Assembly: GCF_006345805.1 (NCBI RefSeq)
Contig: NC_042998.1
Coordinates: 66,402,001-66,466,000, forward strand
Reading direction: 5' to 3'
Length of the DNA: 64,000 nucleotides
From: Octopus sinensis
Taxonomy: Eukaryota
Shown here: piece after piece, positions 1-13,850 of the stretch
Layout: every line of letters begins with the position of its first letter
Position numbering within the stretch: position 1 is the first letter of the stretch
The notes under the pieces: generated by a model
What the model saw: only the letters and a program-made list of their open reading frames with translations
The model's database searches: none
What the model was told of the DNA's origin: nothing
Program-made: the position numbers and the translations under genes

Positions 1-99
1 TGAGAAAGGCTATTTACAACATTTCTAAAACTAGCCCAACAATTGCTGCCTCGGCCAGGGTTAAGATACAGGACTCTTGACATGTTCAACAAAGCGTGA

Positions 100-225
100 C
101 GCCTAAACCAATCAGCTCAACCAACCAATCAGCTTAAGTAATTGAGTGATACTACACACTGATTGGTCAGAATACAGTTTGCAAAACCTAGCAATCTGGA
201 GCCTACACAGCTCTATTTAATACAC
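100..225 (+). promoter_or_regulatory. CCAAT-box cluster with TATA-like motif (possibly an old PLE pLTR)
   Basis: AACCAATCAGC at ~106-116 and ~123-133, reverse ATTGG at 162-166, TATTTAA at 214-220; bases 2-43 read RKAIYNISKTSPTI, weakly like a GIY-YIG C-terminus. Confidence 0.3.
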
Positions 226-438
226 AGATTTAATCATCTCGCTACAGTCAAAAATTGTGAAGCATGACTGTCACCACTACTACATGAACCTAAAGATTGA
301 AGAATTTAATGCATGAAAGTACTAGTTCAATCAGAATGATCATTTAACATTCTATTATTTTATTTTATTTTATTAAATGATATCATTATAAGATTGTAAA
401 TAAAACGTGAGAATCAGACAAGGTTGGAATGCCTTTTA

Positions 439-508
<70 letters not shown>

Positions 509-509
<1 letters not shown>

Positions 510-667
510 GATGGGCTTCTTTCAGTTTCATTCTCCCATATCTACTCACAAGGCTTTGGTCACCCCGATGCTATAGAATAAGTCACTTGCCCAAGAAGCT
601 AAGCAGTGGAACTGAACCCGGAACCATGTGATTGGGAAGCAATTTTTTACTACACTGCCACGCCTGC
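509..667 (-). mobile_element. tRNA-derived SINE family A, 5' half
   Basis: Reverse-complement match to the full copies at 16885 and 59873 (ggttccgggttcagt...gggcaagt...caaagccttgtgagt...gaaagaagccc). Confidence 0.85.
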
Positions 668-709
668 GTCTACACACACGCACACACACACCACACACAC
701 ACGCACACA

Positions 710-788
710 CAAGTGACTTCTTCTATAGCCTCGGGGTGAGCAAAGCCTTGTGAGTAGATTTGGGAGAATGAAGCTGAAAGAAGTATAT

Positions 789-885
<97 letters not shown>

Positions 886-1125
886 GTGCGTATGAGATAC
901 TGTGTGTATTTGTGTGTGCGTGTGTGTGTTCACCACCAATACCACCACCGCTTGTCAACCGGTGTTGGCGTGTTTGCGTCTCAGGAACTTGGTGGTTCGG
1001 CAGAATACACCTATAGAAACACCAGGCTTTACAATCATAATAAATCTTGGTGTTGATCCGTTCGACTAAAACATTTCAAGGTGGAGCCCCAGCATGGCCG
1101 CATTCCAATGACGGGAACAAGGTAG
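710..1125 (+). mobile_element. SINE family A, headless copy with internal (TA)n(TG)n
   Basis: ctatagcctcgg..aagccttgtgagt, then microsatellite, then cgcttgtcaaccggtgttgg...ccagcatggccgca tail as in other copies. Confidence 0.8.
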
Positions 1126-1559
1126 ATATATATAAGTTTCTACTTCCACGTAATACACACTCACACATAATACACACAAACTCGTACACACAAATTCGCA
1201 CACGCATAAACATACATATATATATATACACACATACACACACACATTCACGCAATCATACACATACATACACTGCCGCACGCAATCATGCGTATATGCA
1301 TCAATGTAAACACCTCACACATAGGCACACACCATCAACCATGCACTGACGCTCTCCTCCCCTCGTCTCTCGGATATCTCCATCGAATTGAATGCCGGCC
1401 ACTAACCTATTCGCCGACTCACACCCTTAAATCACTCACATAAGCACAAACACTCACGCATAGAGATACTACCACACACACACAGTGGCAATCTTCGCAC
1501 TCTTCTATATCAATAAACACCGTTTCTCTTCTATCCACTTGCGGCACGGACTTGCTCTT

Positions 1560-1680
1560 CCTGAACTTTTTCTTTCTCTGGATTTGTTTCCTTCTAGTTC
1601 TGACGAAGAGCTAAGCGCAGAGCGTTAAAAACCCACTCTTTTTCCACCTTAACGAAGCGTCAAGATAATACATTCCATAT
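1560..1680 (+). ncRNA. Degenerate HHR-bearing mini-element (HHR family A)
   Basis: tctctggat...ttCTGACGAAGAGCtaagcgcagagcgttaaaa, homologous to the intact copy at 9536-9570; GAAA lost. Confidence 0.4.
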
Positions 1681-1799
1681 ATATGTCCCAATTTTGTCAT
1701 TAATTTTTATATTCGATTGTAAATGTTCAACTTTTAACCTTCGATTTCACTATATATACATCATACATACATACATACATATATACATACATACATACA

Positions 1800-1843
<44 letters not shown>

Positions 1844-1866
1844 ATATATACATACACACACACACA

Positions 1867-1897
<31 letters not shown>

Positions 1898-1898
1898 C

Positions 1899-1935
<37 letters not shown>

Positions 1936-2495
1936 GGATAATTTTATTTCGTAGGTGTTATCTTATTGGCCAGTGGACAATTTGAAATAAATGATAACGC
2001 TATTTATTTAAATCATTTCAAATTATACTTTACAATTACAATTCTCCCTGAAATATAATCAAAAACAATCGGCGTCGTATAAAATTGCTTTCCTAAATAC
2101 AATTTCATTTTAAACTTTGAACATCTATTGTTGTTAATAAACATCAATGTGGCCAATGTCATATTTTAAATTTCCTTTCGGTAGTCCTCTTAGCTGTGAA
2201 TACGTATTAGAATGTATCACACACTCAATACGCTAAATAATATAAACACCCCTCATAATGTTTCGATGGTCTGTAGCCGTGTTCAGCAACTGATGCGTTT
2301 CTATGTAATAAAACTGTTAAATTTCGAATATTTTATTGAATGCTATTATGACTGGCATGTCATAAAAGACTACATCGGAATGACATTAAGAGAATAATTC
2401 TGCTATAAACAACACTGTTTTATTACTCACAGACTGTATACTACTTGAAATATATGTGTGTGCGTGCGCGCGCGTGTTTGACTGTCTCTGTGTGT

Positions 2496-2498
2496 TAC

Positions 2499-2534
<36 letters not shown>

Positions 2535-2566
2535 CACAACCACCACCACCACCACCACCACCACCA

Positions 2567-2618
<52 letters not shown>
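2496..2618. repeat. Compound (CTA)n-(CCA)n-(CTA)n microsatellite
   Basis: Directly visible. Confidence 0.95.
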
Positions 2619-3835
2619 ATTCTATACTGTATTTAATATAGATTTCTGGATATTGATTTTGATTTCTAGCACTGGCATAAGGCCAAAAGTATTGAGGCAA
2701 TGGTCTGTTAGTTGAAGCTGGTTTTTAAAACGTAACTGGGACTTTTATTGCCGAACCATGGAGAGATGAGAGACAACAGTTTACCTTAATATTAGTAGGA
2801 TTTCTGTTCAGAAAGTGAACGATGACGTAAATCTATGCCATCTGGCATAAGGGCTGGCGCATTGCTGTCTCTGTTATTCATTAAATTATGCAAGGAACAT
2901 ATTAGTTGTGACTTCAAAGTTTCTGCTCTTCTTCATTTTTTAATACATTTGTATTCTATTAAAACTTACTGAGTACTTTTTCAGCGTGCTGTTAAATTAG
3001 GACCAGATACTGCAACATCTTGGGTTTGAGGGGTCCACAGCTCTTCAACAGCTTCACAAAATATCTTCTTTTCTCAACGTAGATAAATACAATAGAATTG
3101 TCATTACAGTTCTCGCAATTTTGGAAGGCAGAAATCACTCGTGAACCAGTATAATCTCCAAACCTAAACGAAGAGTATTGAAGAGAGTAGAGTAGGATGC
3201 ACCCTTCTGTACCATATGTCCATTCTAAAGGTAACTAGACATACTGCAATATAGATTATTCATTAATCATGATACTTTACTCTTGATTTCACCACCAATA
3301 GACAGGGCCTTGCAAACAAAATGAATACTAGTCCCGTCCCTACAGATTAAGCCATTTAGACAGTAAGAATATGGGACAAAAGCTCAAATGAAATGAGACA
3401 TTAGAGTCACCATTACAAATGTAAAAGTATGACAAACATGATGTAGGAAGTTTTGAGAAATTAAGCGTTGTTGGTTGTTTTGCATGTTACCTCCATTATA
3501 AGGACACACAATAAATTAAAGCACAATTTTAATTGCATTACAATACAATTGAATTTTGAATCAAAGTCAAATAATTATAATGAATTCTAGATTACTTCTG
3601 AAGTGGATAAACACCATTTTAAATGATTAACTGTAATGAAGATATATGTACACCCTTTGGAGTGTAAATATTTGAACACAGCAACGAATTCCAAAAGTTT
3701 TGTTCAAAAGTTTGTCATTGCAGCCACGTCGAATCGGATTGTATACCACTGCGTAGCACCCTCGATATGAGCCTTCTACTTTAGATCCGGGATGACTAAT
3801 GCTTTGTAGGGGAATTTGGTAGATAATGAGAATAA

Positions 3836-3953
3836 TTCCGTTTGTTTTGAATATTTTCTCATATAAATTATCATATAAATTATCCGTTTGTTTTGAATAT
3901 TTTATCATATAAATTATCCGTTTCTTTTGAATATTTTATCATATAAATTATCG
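3836..3953. repeat. ~33-bp minisatellite, 3 copies
   Basis: tccgtttgttttgaatattttatcatataaatta repeated. Confidence 0.85.
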
Positions 3954-4524
3954 TAAAAATGAGAACATAGGGTAATCGTTGACGTTTTCCTTGTTTATTC
4001 CACAGGTCACATGAGAACCACCAGACGTAAATTCAAATGCGATGCTGTAGAAGCCATACCATATCTTTTGATATATTCCATACATCAAATTGCCAAATAA
4101 GTGTTTTCATAAGACGTCTCGACAGGACTTGGGTAAGTTGAAAAGTTATTTCCAGAGTGCTGTGTGTCTTAGTAGATACTGAATGTTCTGACTCGTTAAC
4201 GCCCTATTAACTGTTCACTCTAAGCTATAGTGTATCTATCGCTCCAACATTTGTTCACCGTTTTCATCTGATTATCGGAGAACAAATTATTTCTCTATTG
4301 CAAGTTTGTGTATGTGTGTGAGTGTGTGTATGTGCAGTTCCCAAGACCGATATTGTCAGCGTCAAATTGAGTTAAATAATCCTGTCCAAGGTAATATATA
4401 TAAATACTTTGTTCTTATAATTATAACGTACAAGACCGACAAAACTATAAATTAAATAACAGTAAGTAATATGGCTCTTATAACGATCTATTATATGAGA
4501 CCATATAGCATATATAAATGTTGT

Positions 4525-4697
4525 TTGTTTGGCTGGTTGGTTGACTGGTTGTTTGGTTGGTTGGTTGGTAGGTTGACTGGTTGTTTGTTTGTTTGTTTGG
4601 TTGGTTGATTGGTTGGTAGGTTGGTTGGCTGATTGTCTGGTTGGTTGTTTGGTTGACTGGTTGTTTGGTTGGTTTGTTGGTTAGTTGGTTGGTTGTT
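4525..4697. repeat. Degenerate (GGTT)n microsatellite
   Basis: Directly visible. Confidence 0.9.
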
Positions 4698-6529
4698 AAT
4701 GTCTCCATTCATGCTTTGCATCTTATAGAGTCAGGGAAGAGGGGAGCACTAGAAGTGACCTACAAATAAAGTTAACAGAAGAGGTACAAGGTAACTGCAC
4801 ATACTAGGTTTCGTGACAGGTAATGAGTTAAATTACACGATACACAATTAGTAAGAGAGAAAGAATCACAATAACAGGAAAGGAGAGGAAATAAATGACA
4901 AAGTACTTATGGGAGGAATTAAACAAATAACAAGTTTATTTTATTTAATTTCATTCTATGATAATTCTTCCTGACAATATTTATTCCTTTCATCATTTTT
5001 TATCAGCAGCAAAATAATTGATAAAAGTTAAAGCATAACTATAGCCATATTTCCTGATGATATAGTTCATGATGGCAAAATTTTTCTTCCGAAGTAGCCC
5101 GACATATTCTAGAATATAAATAATACGCTAGTATATAAATAATCTACTCTCGCGACGTAGATAAAATAAATATTTCCAACACACGGATGTTATGTATTTT
5201 CCGGTGGTAGCAGCTACTCTGATTATGGGAGTTGCAGCATTTGAAGGTGAATCATATTTAGATATAGCGAGACATTCTTTGATATACACACTTCTGAGAA
5301 ATATACAACTATTTCAGATAGTACACTGTATTATATATAATAGCCATTAAGTCATATCTGCTGCGATAATGTCCCAGAATCACATCAAACAAAACCGGTA
5401 TTTAATTCGTCAATTGAGATAATATTTCATTAACTACATTTACCCATACAATTGCATAAACAACTATAATATTTATTGAAGTTCGGTTGATAATTACGTC
5501 CAAATTTTGTTGATGGCTTACTCAAAGTTAATCGGTTCTCATAAACTTCCACAGATGAAACGCATGAACTATCAATAGTATTATACATGTGTGTATGTGT
5601 GTGCGTGAATGAGTATATAGATATAAATGCATAGTGGGTGTCTGTGTAAATCTGTGGTTCTCAGCCAGAGTTCATATGGTCCCTGGTAGTTCATATAAGG
5701 TTTTGTTGTTAAATTCCGTGCTATAAATTGTTAATACTTCTACAATACACGAAATATTTTTTTATATAATTCCAAATAATATTTCATTAAAAAATTATTG
5801 TACGATTTTCTTTTATTCATCGAGTGGCTATGGAGGTCCAATTAGAGTAAAATAGTTATGAGAGGGCTCTATATGCAAGAGATGGTTGAGAGCCACTGGT
5901 GTAACTAGAAGGCACTCAACTTGACACACAGTTGTAGGAATCACAATATTTCTTCAAGATACTCATGTTGAAAGACAAGTATGCTGCCTGTTGGCTGGAA
6001 TTAACCCAGCCAATAACTGAAATTTCCATCATATATCACTCCATCCTTAGTGAAAGCGGGCGCTGTTTCCGTTTCTCTGCCAGGATAAATTTCAAACTTT
6101 TGAATCTGACTGTATCCTGAACGGAGATGAAACTCTACACGAGACAAAACGGGAGCGAGTGTAAGAGTTTGTGGTGAACTTTAAGAAAAGTAGTGGCGAG
6201 CCGAATGATCGTTGTTCACAGTTGAGTAAAGTTCATGAAATTCGTTGTTAGTAAACGCAAGATGAGAACAATAGCGGAGGTGCGGCACACCCCGATACAA
6301 CATCGAAATCACTTTCCGCATGAGGTCCTTTAATTTGAATGCTGTAGTTCAAGCCGTGTGGAGGAGGACATGGGTTTCCTGATATACTGGCAAATTCCAA
6401 CCGACAGCCTCAAAAACCCACATTATAACAGATTGTTTGAAATTAGACTTTACACCAAAGATGGCATACCTAAGACTAGACAATAATCAAATAGTTGCTA
6501 GAAAAAATAGCGATATAATGAACAAGCAC

Positions 6530-6762
6530 TCCGTCGGTCACGACAAATTCTACTTCATAAGATCGACAGAAGGCACTGCTCGTGAAATTAACGTGCAAGT
6601 GGCTGAGCGTTCCACAGACACACGTAGCCTTAACGTAGTTTTCGTGGAAACTCAGGGTGACAACGAATGTGCCAATGCTGACTCTTTGAAATAATGGTAT
6701 TACTCATTTTTGCCAGTTCAATGAATTGAAGCAACACGAAGTAAAGTGACTTGCTGAGGATA
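6530..6762 (-). mobile_element. SINE family C (body and tail)
   Basis: ctgctcgtgaaattaacgtgcaagtggctgagc...actcatttttgccag..gcaacacgaagtaaagtgacttgct; matches 26308-26480 and the central domain at 60401. Confidence 0.75.
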
Positions 6763-8439
6763 CTTTATTTTAAATAACCTAACCTCTTAGTCAAGCATCT
6801 TCACAACGCTTCAAGAAATATCTCATCAAAACACTTTTATGAATTTTGGAAGGATTACTTTTAAATTTGCTCAAAGAACTACAGATTAGAAGAGCAAGTT
6901 TGTGTACAAACAGTACACCAACTCATACACAGGGGATTCCACACAGAGAATCTCACTAAATAGAAATCAAATTCAGCCAGACCTTTAAGAGCTTTTCTTT
7001 CAGATGTCGAAATATTTTCGGTAATAATTTTAAGAAGAGATAAAATATGCAGGAACAGATATTAGAGTATTATTTTATATTTTAGGAACATATATTATAA
7101 TGAAGATGAATTGCATGTAATATATCACAACTTCAAAACCTACCGTCCGTACATGAGATTCACAATGAGATTCACAATGGAAACCAATACAATTATCTTT
7201 TTTATGTACTCGAGAAATTATGAGGCAAAAATCACATTTGACGTATTCTATAAACGAACGCACAAACATGTATATTGAAATTTTTCCTTCTGTCATCCAT
7301 AATAAATGAATCGAAAAATCCCATAATTCACGTCAAGAGGCATAAGTGCAATGAAATACATATGTGCAAATAGGGGTAGGCCAAAATTATGCTATATTGA
7401 AACGTTTTCAAAAACTGCAAAAATGCCCTCAAAATGTAATAGACAAACGCAGTAGAATAAAGAAGAGAAAGATGGAGATATAACTTAACTTAGATATAAC
7501 TCAACTTATGTCATCAAAAGATAAATTTGAGGTTCTCGGTTTTCTTACTTATCTTTCCTTTATTTTCGTTCCACATTTTGCATGAACCTTCACGTTTCTC
7601 TTCCCGCTTTTTCTCATGTCCTTCTCACGAACAAGCGTCCAGGTTTTTAAATATTTAAATAAATCTGCTCAATTATTATATATCTGCAACATGGAAATAT
7701 TAATGGCTGTTCCTTTTTAAAGTGTGTATATTAAATGATATTTATTTCTCACTAGATAGAATACATTTTTGTTGATCCTACATATAACGAAATTGTATAC
7801 TATATATATATATATATATATATACCGATGTGAACAAAATGTAGAATATTACATCTTCAGTTAAGGATCACACCATACTGGATTGAGATCGTTTCCATTG
7901 TGCCAGTATGCTGAAATATAGAAAACAAGGATACCAATGAAATCAATATATCCGAAAATTTATAGTTACACGATATCGTCAATTTAACGCAAAACAGCTT
8001 AAGTTCGAAGCGAACTGAAATAACATCTATAATCTATGGACGCATACAAAAAGAACGTTAAGAGGGAATGTAATATTCTAAGAAAATTCAGTTTAGAATT
8101 TAAACTTACGATGTCGTCGGTAGATAACGAACGAAGGAAAAATAAACATAAAAATTCTACGTCACAACATTTAGTTACTTAGTTTTTTATATATGCAAAA
8201 CAAATTAGACAAATTATGAGTATTAGCTTATATGGAGATAAATTACAATGTACGTGTTTTTATTATTGGAATATTTAAATTCTTTTCTATACTTACTGAA
8301 ACATTTGAACGTAGGAGTGAGTGTTCTCTAGATAGCCAAACTTTTTGAACTCCTTGAATACTTTATATGATACTAACTTTGCTACATACCTTCCCCCCTG
8401 TTTTTACCCCCATTTCAATCCGTTTTCTCTTTTCATTCC

Positions 8440-8473
8440 TTTCTGCAGAAGAGCGTAGGCTCGAAACGTCAAA
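8440..8473 (+). ncRNA. Minimal type-I hammerhead ribozyme, family A (core A6 mutated)
   Basis: TTT-CTGCAGA-A-GAGC(GTAG)GCTC-GAA-ACGT-C-AAA: stem I, stem II and palindromic stem III present. Confidence 0.6.
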
Positions 8474-9535
8474 TATTTCTCTTTCTTCATGAGCGTCAAA
8501 CAAATATACTTTGTTTTGTTCCCTCACCTGTTTGTTTCCATTGTTAGTTTTTCTGCATTTATGAACCATATATACAATTAATAAATCCAGACGAATGAAT
8601 TATTTGGTGCCCCACAAAAATCATTAATGGATTATCTTGTAATGTAGCATCGTACATGCAGTTATGCGAGACGCGCAACATCTATAATATTATGCAATAT
8701 ATTTCAATAGTCACCCACTTGCTCAGGTAAACGATATGTAGATCAATCATCGACATGCTGTCATATTAGGAAGTCCAACAAGATATGAAGTTTCAAGGCA
8801 GGAACAAGATTTCAATATGGAAGTGCAATCGGAATTGTAGATATTTCAGTTAGGCTGTCCGAAAAAGAGATATCTAAATTGAAAGTGTGAAGTCGGACAA
8901 CTGGTGGGAGAAAAATATATAATTTATTAGAACAAATGGTAAAAAGAAAATGGAGAGAAGTTGAATGGCATAATATGTCTATTACATTTAAATCTACAAA
9001 TTCCACCCAGAGATCATTATCACAGTGAGCGTCGTCAAATTTAAAACTGACGCTATCAATGCTTTGAAGTAAGTCGCAGATACAATTCATTAGAGAAACG
9101 CCGTATTAAATTCTAATGTGTAGTGTGCTTGTGCGAATAAGTTTATATGGATAGAATAATGTAAACGGTGCTTATTTATTTTCCTAAATTTAATAAGTAC
9201 GAATATAGTTTGACATGGCTCAATCATTAAATAGAAATCTTTTATACTACCTATCTACACACAAGCACACACACATAAACACACACACATGTATATAATC
9301 CTTTTATCTTTTTATTGCGTGTGTTTTGTACAAGGAGAAATTTTCTCCATAGCAAATACAGTAAATGGCTTTCTTACGGGTTCAGATCTGCCCCGAACAG
9401 ACAGGAAATGGAGATATACATATCTAGTTAATCCAAACATGAAAACACCAAGAGAAAATACAACAACACGATGACGTGGAACAAATATAGTATTTGGACG
9501 TTATTGGACGTTCAGGAAGGAAAGTAAGAAGGAGG

Positions 9536-9570
9536 GTTTTACGTTTCGAGCGGAGCTCTTCGTCAGAAAC
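9536..9570 (-). ncRNA. Minimal type-I hammerhead ribozyme, family A (intact)
   Basis: Reverse strand GTTT-CTGACGA-A-GAGC(TCC)GCTC-GAA-ACGT-A-AAAC: 4-bp stem I, GUA triplet. Confidence 0.8.
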
Positions 9571-10216
9571 ATAGGAAAAAGAAAGATCCAGAGAAGGGAA
9601 GACGGAGGAAAAAAATCGCCAACGGTACACACGCGGTCGTATATGTGTATATGTGTGTGTCTGTGTGTGTGTGTGTCTGTGTGTGTGTGTCTGTGTGTGT
9701 GTGTCTGTGTGTGTGTGTATTAGTTGTTTATTAAGGACAACACGTGTTCAAATCTATGCACTTATTTATGTATGTTATGTATGTATATCTATGTATATAT
9801 GCGCATATGCACCTGCGTATATGATTTCCTATGCATGTACATCAATATGTGCATATGCTCGTGTACCTAGATGTATGTATATGCGCATATATTTGTTTGT
9901 GCGTGTGTGAGTGACGATATATATATGTGTGTTTGTTAGTGTATGTATGTCAATGTAGGCGTCACAAAAAATATTTTTTCGTCTAAGTATTATCTTCTTT
10001 TCACCGTCTGCATTCATTTTTCTTTCTGTTAAAAGTTACAATAGCGAAGGCTGATTACAGCATTTTATCTAATCTGTAATGTATACTTTCCAGGTTCATA
10101 TTTGAATTTTCGGGGTTTCAATAATTTTTCTTTGCTTTTATCCATTCTCGAATTTAATGGATATATATCGGTAAGTATGCCGAGACATAAATCTCTAGTT
10201 GGACTTTTTTTATTGA

Positions 10217-10260
10217 TATACCTGAAGAGACCCGGAACGACGGGTCGAAACATGTGCTGC
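10217..10260 (+). ncRNA. Hammerhead ribozyme core, family D
   Basis: CTGAAGA-GACCCG(GAACGA)CGGGTC-GAA-ACATGT-G: perfect 6-bp stem II and palindromic stem III; position 17 is G and stem I is poor. Confidence 0.6.
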
Positions 10261-10488
10261 ACTTAATAAAATCCTAATGCACATTCCGTCATCTATTTTA
10301 TTAATACTATTAACCCAACTGCCACTGTAACGTTCCTGGAATAAATCTACGGAGAAGAACAGGTGCTTTACTCATCATCTATTTATACATTTCGTATAAA
10401 TTTTATATTTATACATGTGTGTGTATGTATATTTATCTATATGTATATGTATATTTATATACATATATATATATATATGTGTATGTAG

Positions 10489-10565
<77 letters not shown>

Positions 10566-10605
10566 CCATACATATATACATATATATATATATGTCCATA
10601 TAATC

Positions 10606-10646
<41 letters not shown>

Positions 10647-10866
10647 TTACATACTGAAAGACAGAGACACAGACAGATATAGACAGACAGAAAGATAGAT
10701 AGGTGTCAGTGTATGTGTTTTTGCAGTGCACATTGTTTCCGTGTAAGGATATGTACGTAAACACTCAGATTTGCATTTCTCTGTCTCTCAATGTAGCTCC
10801 ATAATAATGTAACAAACCAGGCATCATTTGATTTATCATTTACACATCAATATTCATATACTGCAG

Positions 10867-11070
10867 GGCGGCAAGCTGGCAGAATCGTTTGCACGCCGAG
10901 CGAAATGCTTAGTTGTGTTTCATCTGCCGCTACATCCTGAATTCAAATTCCGCAGAAGTCGACTTTGTTTTTCATCCTCTTGGGCTCAATTAAATAAATA
11001 CCAGTTACGCACTGGGGTCGATGTTTGCCCCGTCTGTGCGTAGCGCCCTGTGGGCAATGAAGAAATAAAT
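10867..11070 (+). mobile_element. tRNA-derived SINE family B
   Basis: ggcggcaagctggcagaatcgtt...gaattcaaattccg..gtcgactttg..tttcatcc..aaataccagttacgcactggggtcgat. Confidence 0.85.
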
Positions 11071-11172
11071 AATCTTATATTATAAGTGTATGTGTCCATG
11101 CATATGTCTATGTGTATATATTTATGAGTGTGTATGTGTGTGTGTGTGTGTGTCTGTCTGTCTGTCTGTATG

Positions 11173-11209
<37 letters not shown>

Positions 11210-12077
11210 TTATATACTTATATATCAAGAATCCTACGTACATATGTGTGTGTGTGCGCGTACATAAAGAAACATCCCTGCATAAAAATATAATCATGTC
11301 TACATTTCATTATACGCACAGAAGTGAAAGCACATAATCGTTGCATATTTATTTATAGTGACTTACTGTAGCGTATATTTATATAATTATATACATGCGC
11401 CTGCATATGCGCTTACATGTGTGTGTGTGTTTCTCTTTGTGTTTTGATGTGTCCGCGTTTGAGTGTGCGTGCGTGCGTCTGTCTGTGCGCGCGTGTGTGT
11501 GTTTGTGTGTGTGTCTTAATCTATTACTAGTCAATGTTGGCTTTCTCTAATATTAGGAGCGGAACGCAATAAATAGAAATATAATGAATTTCGTACATTG
11601 ACACACGGCAATAAATATGTTAGGCGGTAAGTATTGTCGATTTTTCTGCCCAATACATCATAGCAACGATATAAATATCGAACCAGCGATAGTAGCAACA
11701 GACACAAAGATGTGGGATAGATGTAAGTAGTTTTATTGAACAAATAATTATCTGTGTACAATATATTATGAACTGAAATATAAGAAGGGATAAATATTGA
11801 ACAATTTATTTTACGATTTCTCCGCTCGTTTTTGTTGTTGCTGCTTAGCTGCGAGCCAGACTTGATGGAGAAGCAGATTTTTCATCAATGCAATTCTAAT
11901 CGACCACGGCATGTATTTTTAGATGTAGTGTATATGTCTATAAGAAAATATTTATGAATAGGCTGGTAATAGTCTGCTTTGTCTAGCAGGTCGACTGATC
12001 ACAGAGACGCTTCCTCATTATTGATACAGATATTATCAACAAATTAATTTTGGTTTCTATGTGTCCATGTATATATT

Positions 12078-12133
<56 letters not shown>

Positions 12134-12279
12134 AACATATATCCAGGAATATGTCTCTATATAGAAGCGTCTGCGTGACTGTGTATTTGCATATAAGTTT
12201 TGCATAGTTGTGTATGTATATATTATATACAAGTATAATGATGTACGGGTATATGTGGAGACATGCACAGATATATATA

Positions 12280-12310
<31 letters not shown>

Positions 12311-13589
12311 GTGCGTGAGTGTGCGTGCTTCTGCGAGTGTATATGTATGTGGGTCTGTGCTCGCGTGTAAATTTATAATTATATTTATGTTTACATGTAT
12401 ATATGTACGCAAATATACACATACATATGTATATTTGTATTCATATATATGCACCCAAATATGTATATGTAAGCACGAGTATATATACATATTTGTATAT
12501 GTTAATATGTATGTGTGCATCAAGGATTGATCATGCGATGAACGTCGAAAAAATTATTCCGTTCATCATTTTTTCATTCTGCAGAAAAATATTTAAATTT
12601 ACTGTGTTTGTATTGTATAACTACATCGTAGATTTACATACACGTATAATACCGGTACTGTGTGGGTCGGGATTCCCGTTGGTACATCACTGACGTTATA
12701 TAGGGTTGACGTCATAAGAATTCATAAACTTTCGAGAAAGGATGGAATAATTCTTCTTCCGTAATTGGTTCCCGGAATACATATAAAGTTACAAATACGT
12801 AAATGTTGAGTTGAGAATTAACTCCTTTGTAATGTGGAAGACTACCCGTGGGAATTGAAAGTACATTTTCTGTAGACATAGCAGGCATTCTACCATTGCA
12901 CAAAATGACAATGTATTAAAGGAACTTCTCTCTGTGAACACTTGTTTTATTAACTGCTAGGCTATACAAGAGGATTCCGGATTTCAGCTGTAATGATTTT
13001 GTTAAATCGTTGGCTACTCTGTTTTATTTTTGTTTCATTAGCTCAGAAGAGATGATGATAAAGCTGATTCGGCCATAAATCAATGTAAGTAGACCGTGAG
13101 CAAACACTACGCTATTATAATGAGGTTAAACATATTATTCCCTAGGATCGTCTTAGCAGTCCTAAATCTAATTGAGTTCTCACAATATATTTCTCGTTTA
13201 GAAATATCAAGTCCCACGATATCGATGATAAATAGCATTGAAAAGTGTATGAAAAGATGCATTTTAATGTGTAATTATATCGAGAAAGAACATCACGTAA
13301 CACGAAGAAAATTATTATTACTATGGAAATACAATAAGAAGCAACAATTTGTATATAAAATTAAAGAAGCCTTAATCGTCGTATTGCATTTACACAAGTA
13401 CTATGGAAATACAATAAAAAGGAACAATTTGTATATGAAATTAAAGAAGCCTTAGTTGTCGTATTGCTTTCGAAAATGTTCCAAAACATGTATTGTTAAG
13501 AAGCTAAAGAACCTACCTAAAATAATTTACATGTATCATTGTACCAAAGCAAAACGTAATTAAGTGCAGTGTAAATAAGGAGAGAAAGA

Positions 13590-13850
13590 GAATTTCTGGG
13601 AGAGGGTTTGAACAACAAACCACAGGAATTAGAAGTATATGATCGATGGTGGGTAAAAAATAAAGAGGGAAAAATAGAAGGAAGATTATAAAGAAAACCA
13701 AAGATAGCAATGGAAATAATGGAATTTGCAACTGGATGTTAGCAAGCAACGAGAATGTGATGACAAACGTATTTTTCGATTTATCAAAGAGGATTATTTT
13801 AAAATGAGGATTGAATGATTCACTGAAATTACAGAAATGACTATAACGAC
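13590..13850 (+). pseudogene. Decayed PLE reverse-transcriptase (thumb) fragment
   Basis: Translates ...EVYDRWWVKNKEGKIEGRL*RKPKIAMEIMEFA..., resembling the PLE LDL-x-EGKI-x-YRKP motif. Confidence 0.45.

Noticed and set aside
4006-4132. Exon-like segment with good acceptor (ttccacag) and donor (gtaagt)
   Set aside because: Stops in all three frames; could only be a UTR or non-coding exon, and nothing supports that
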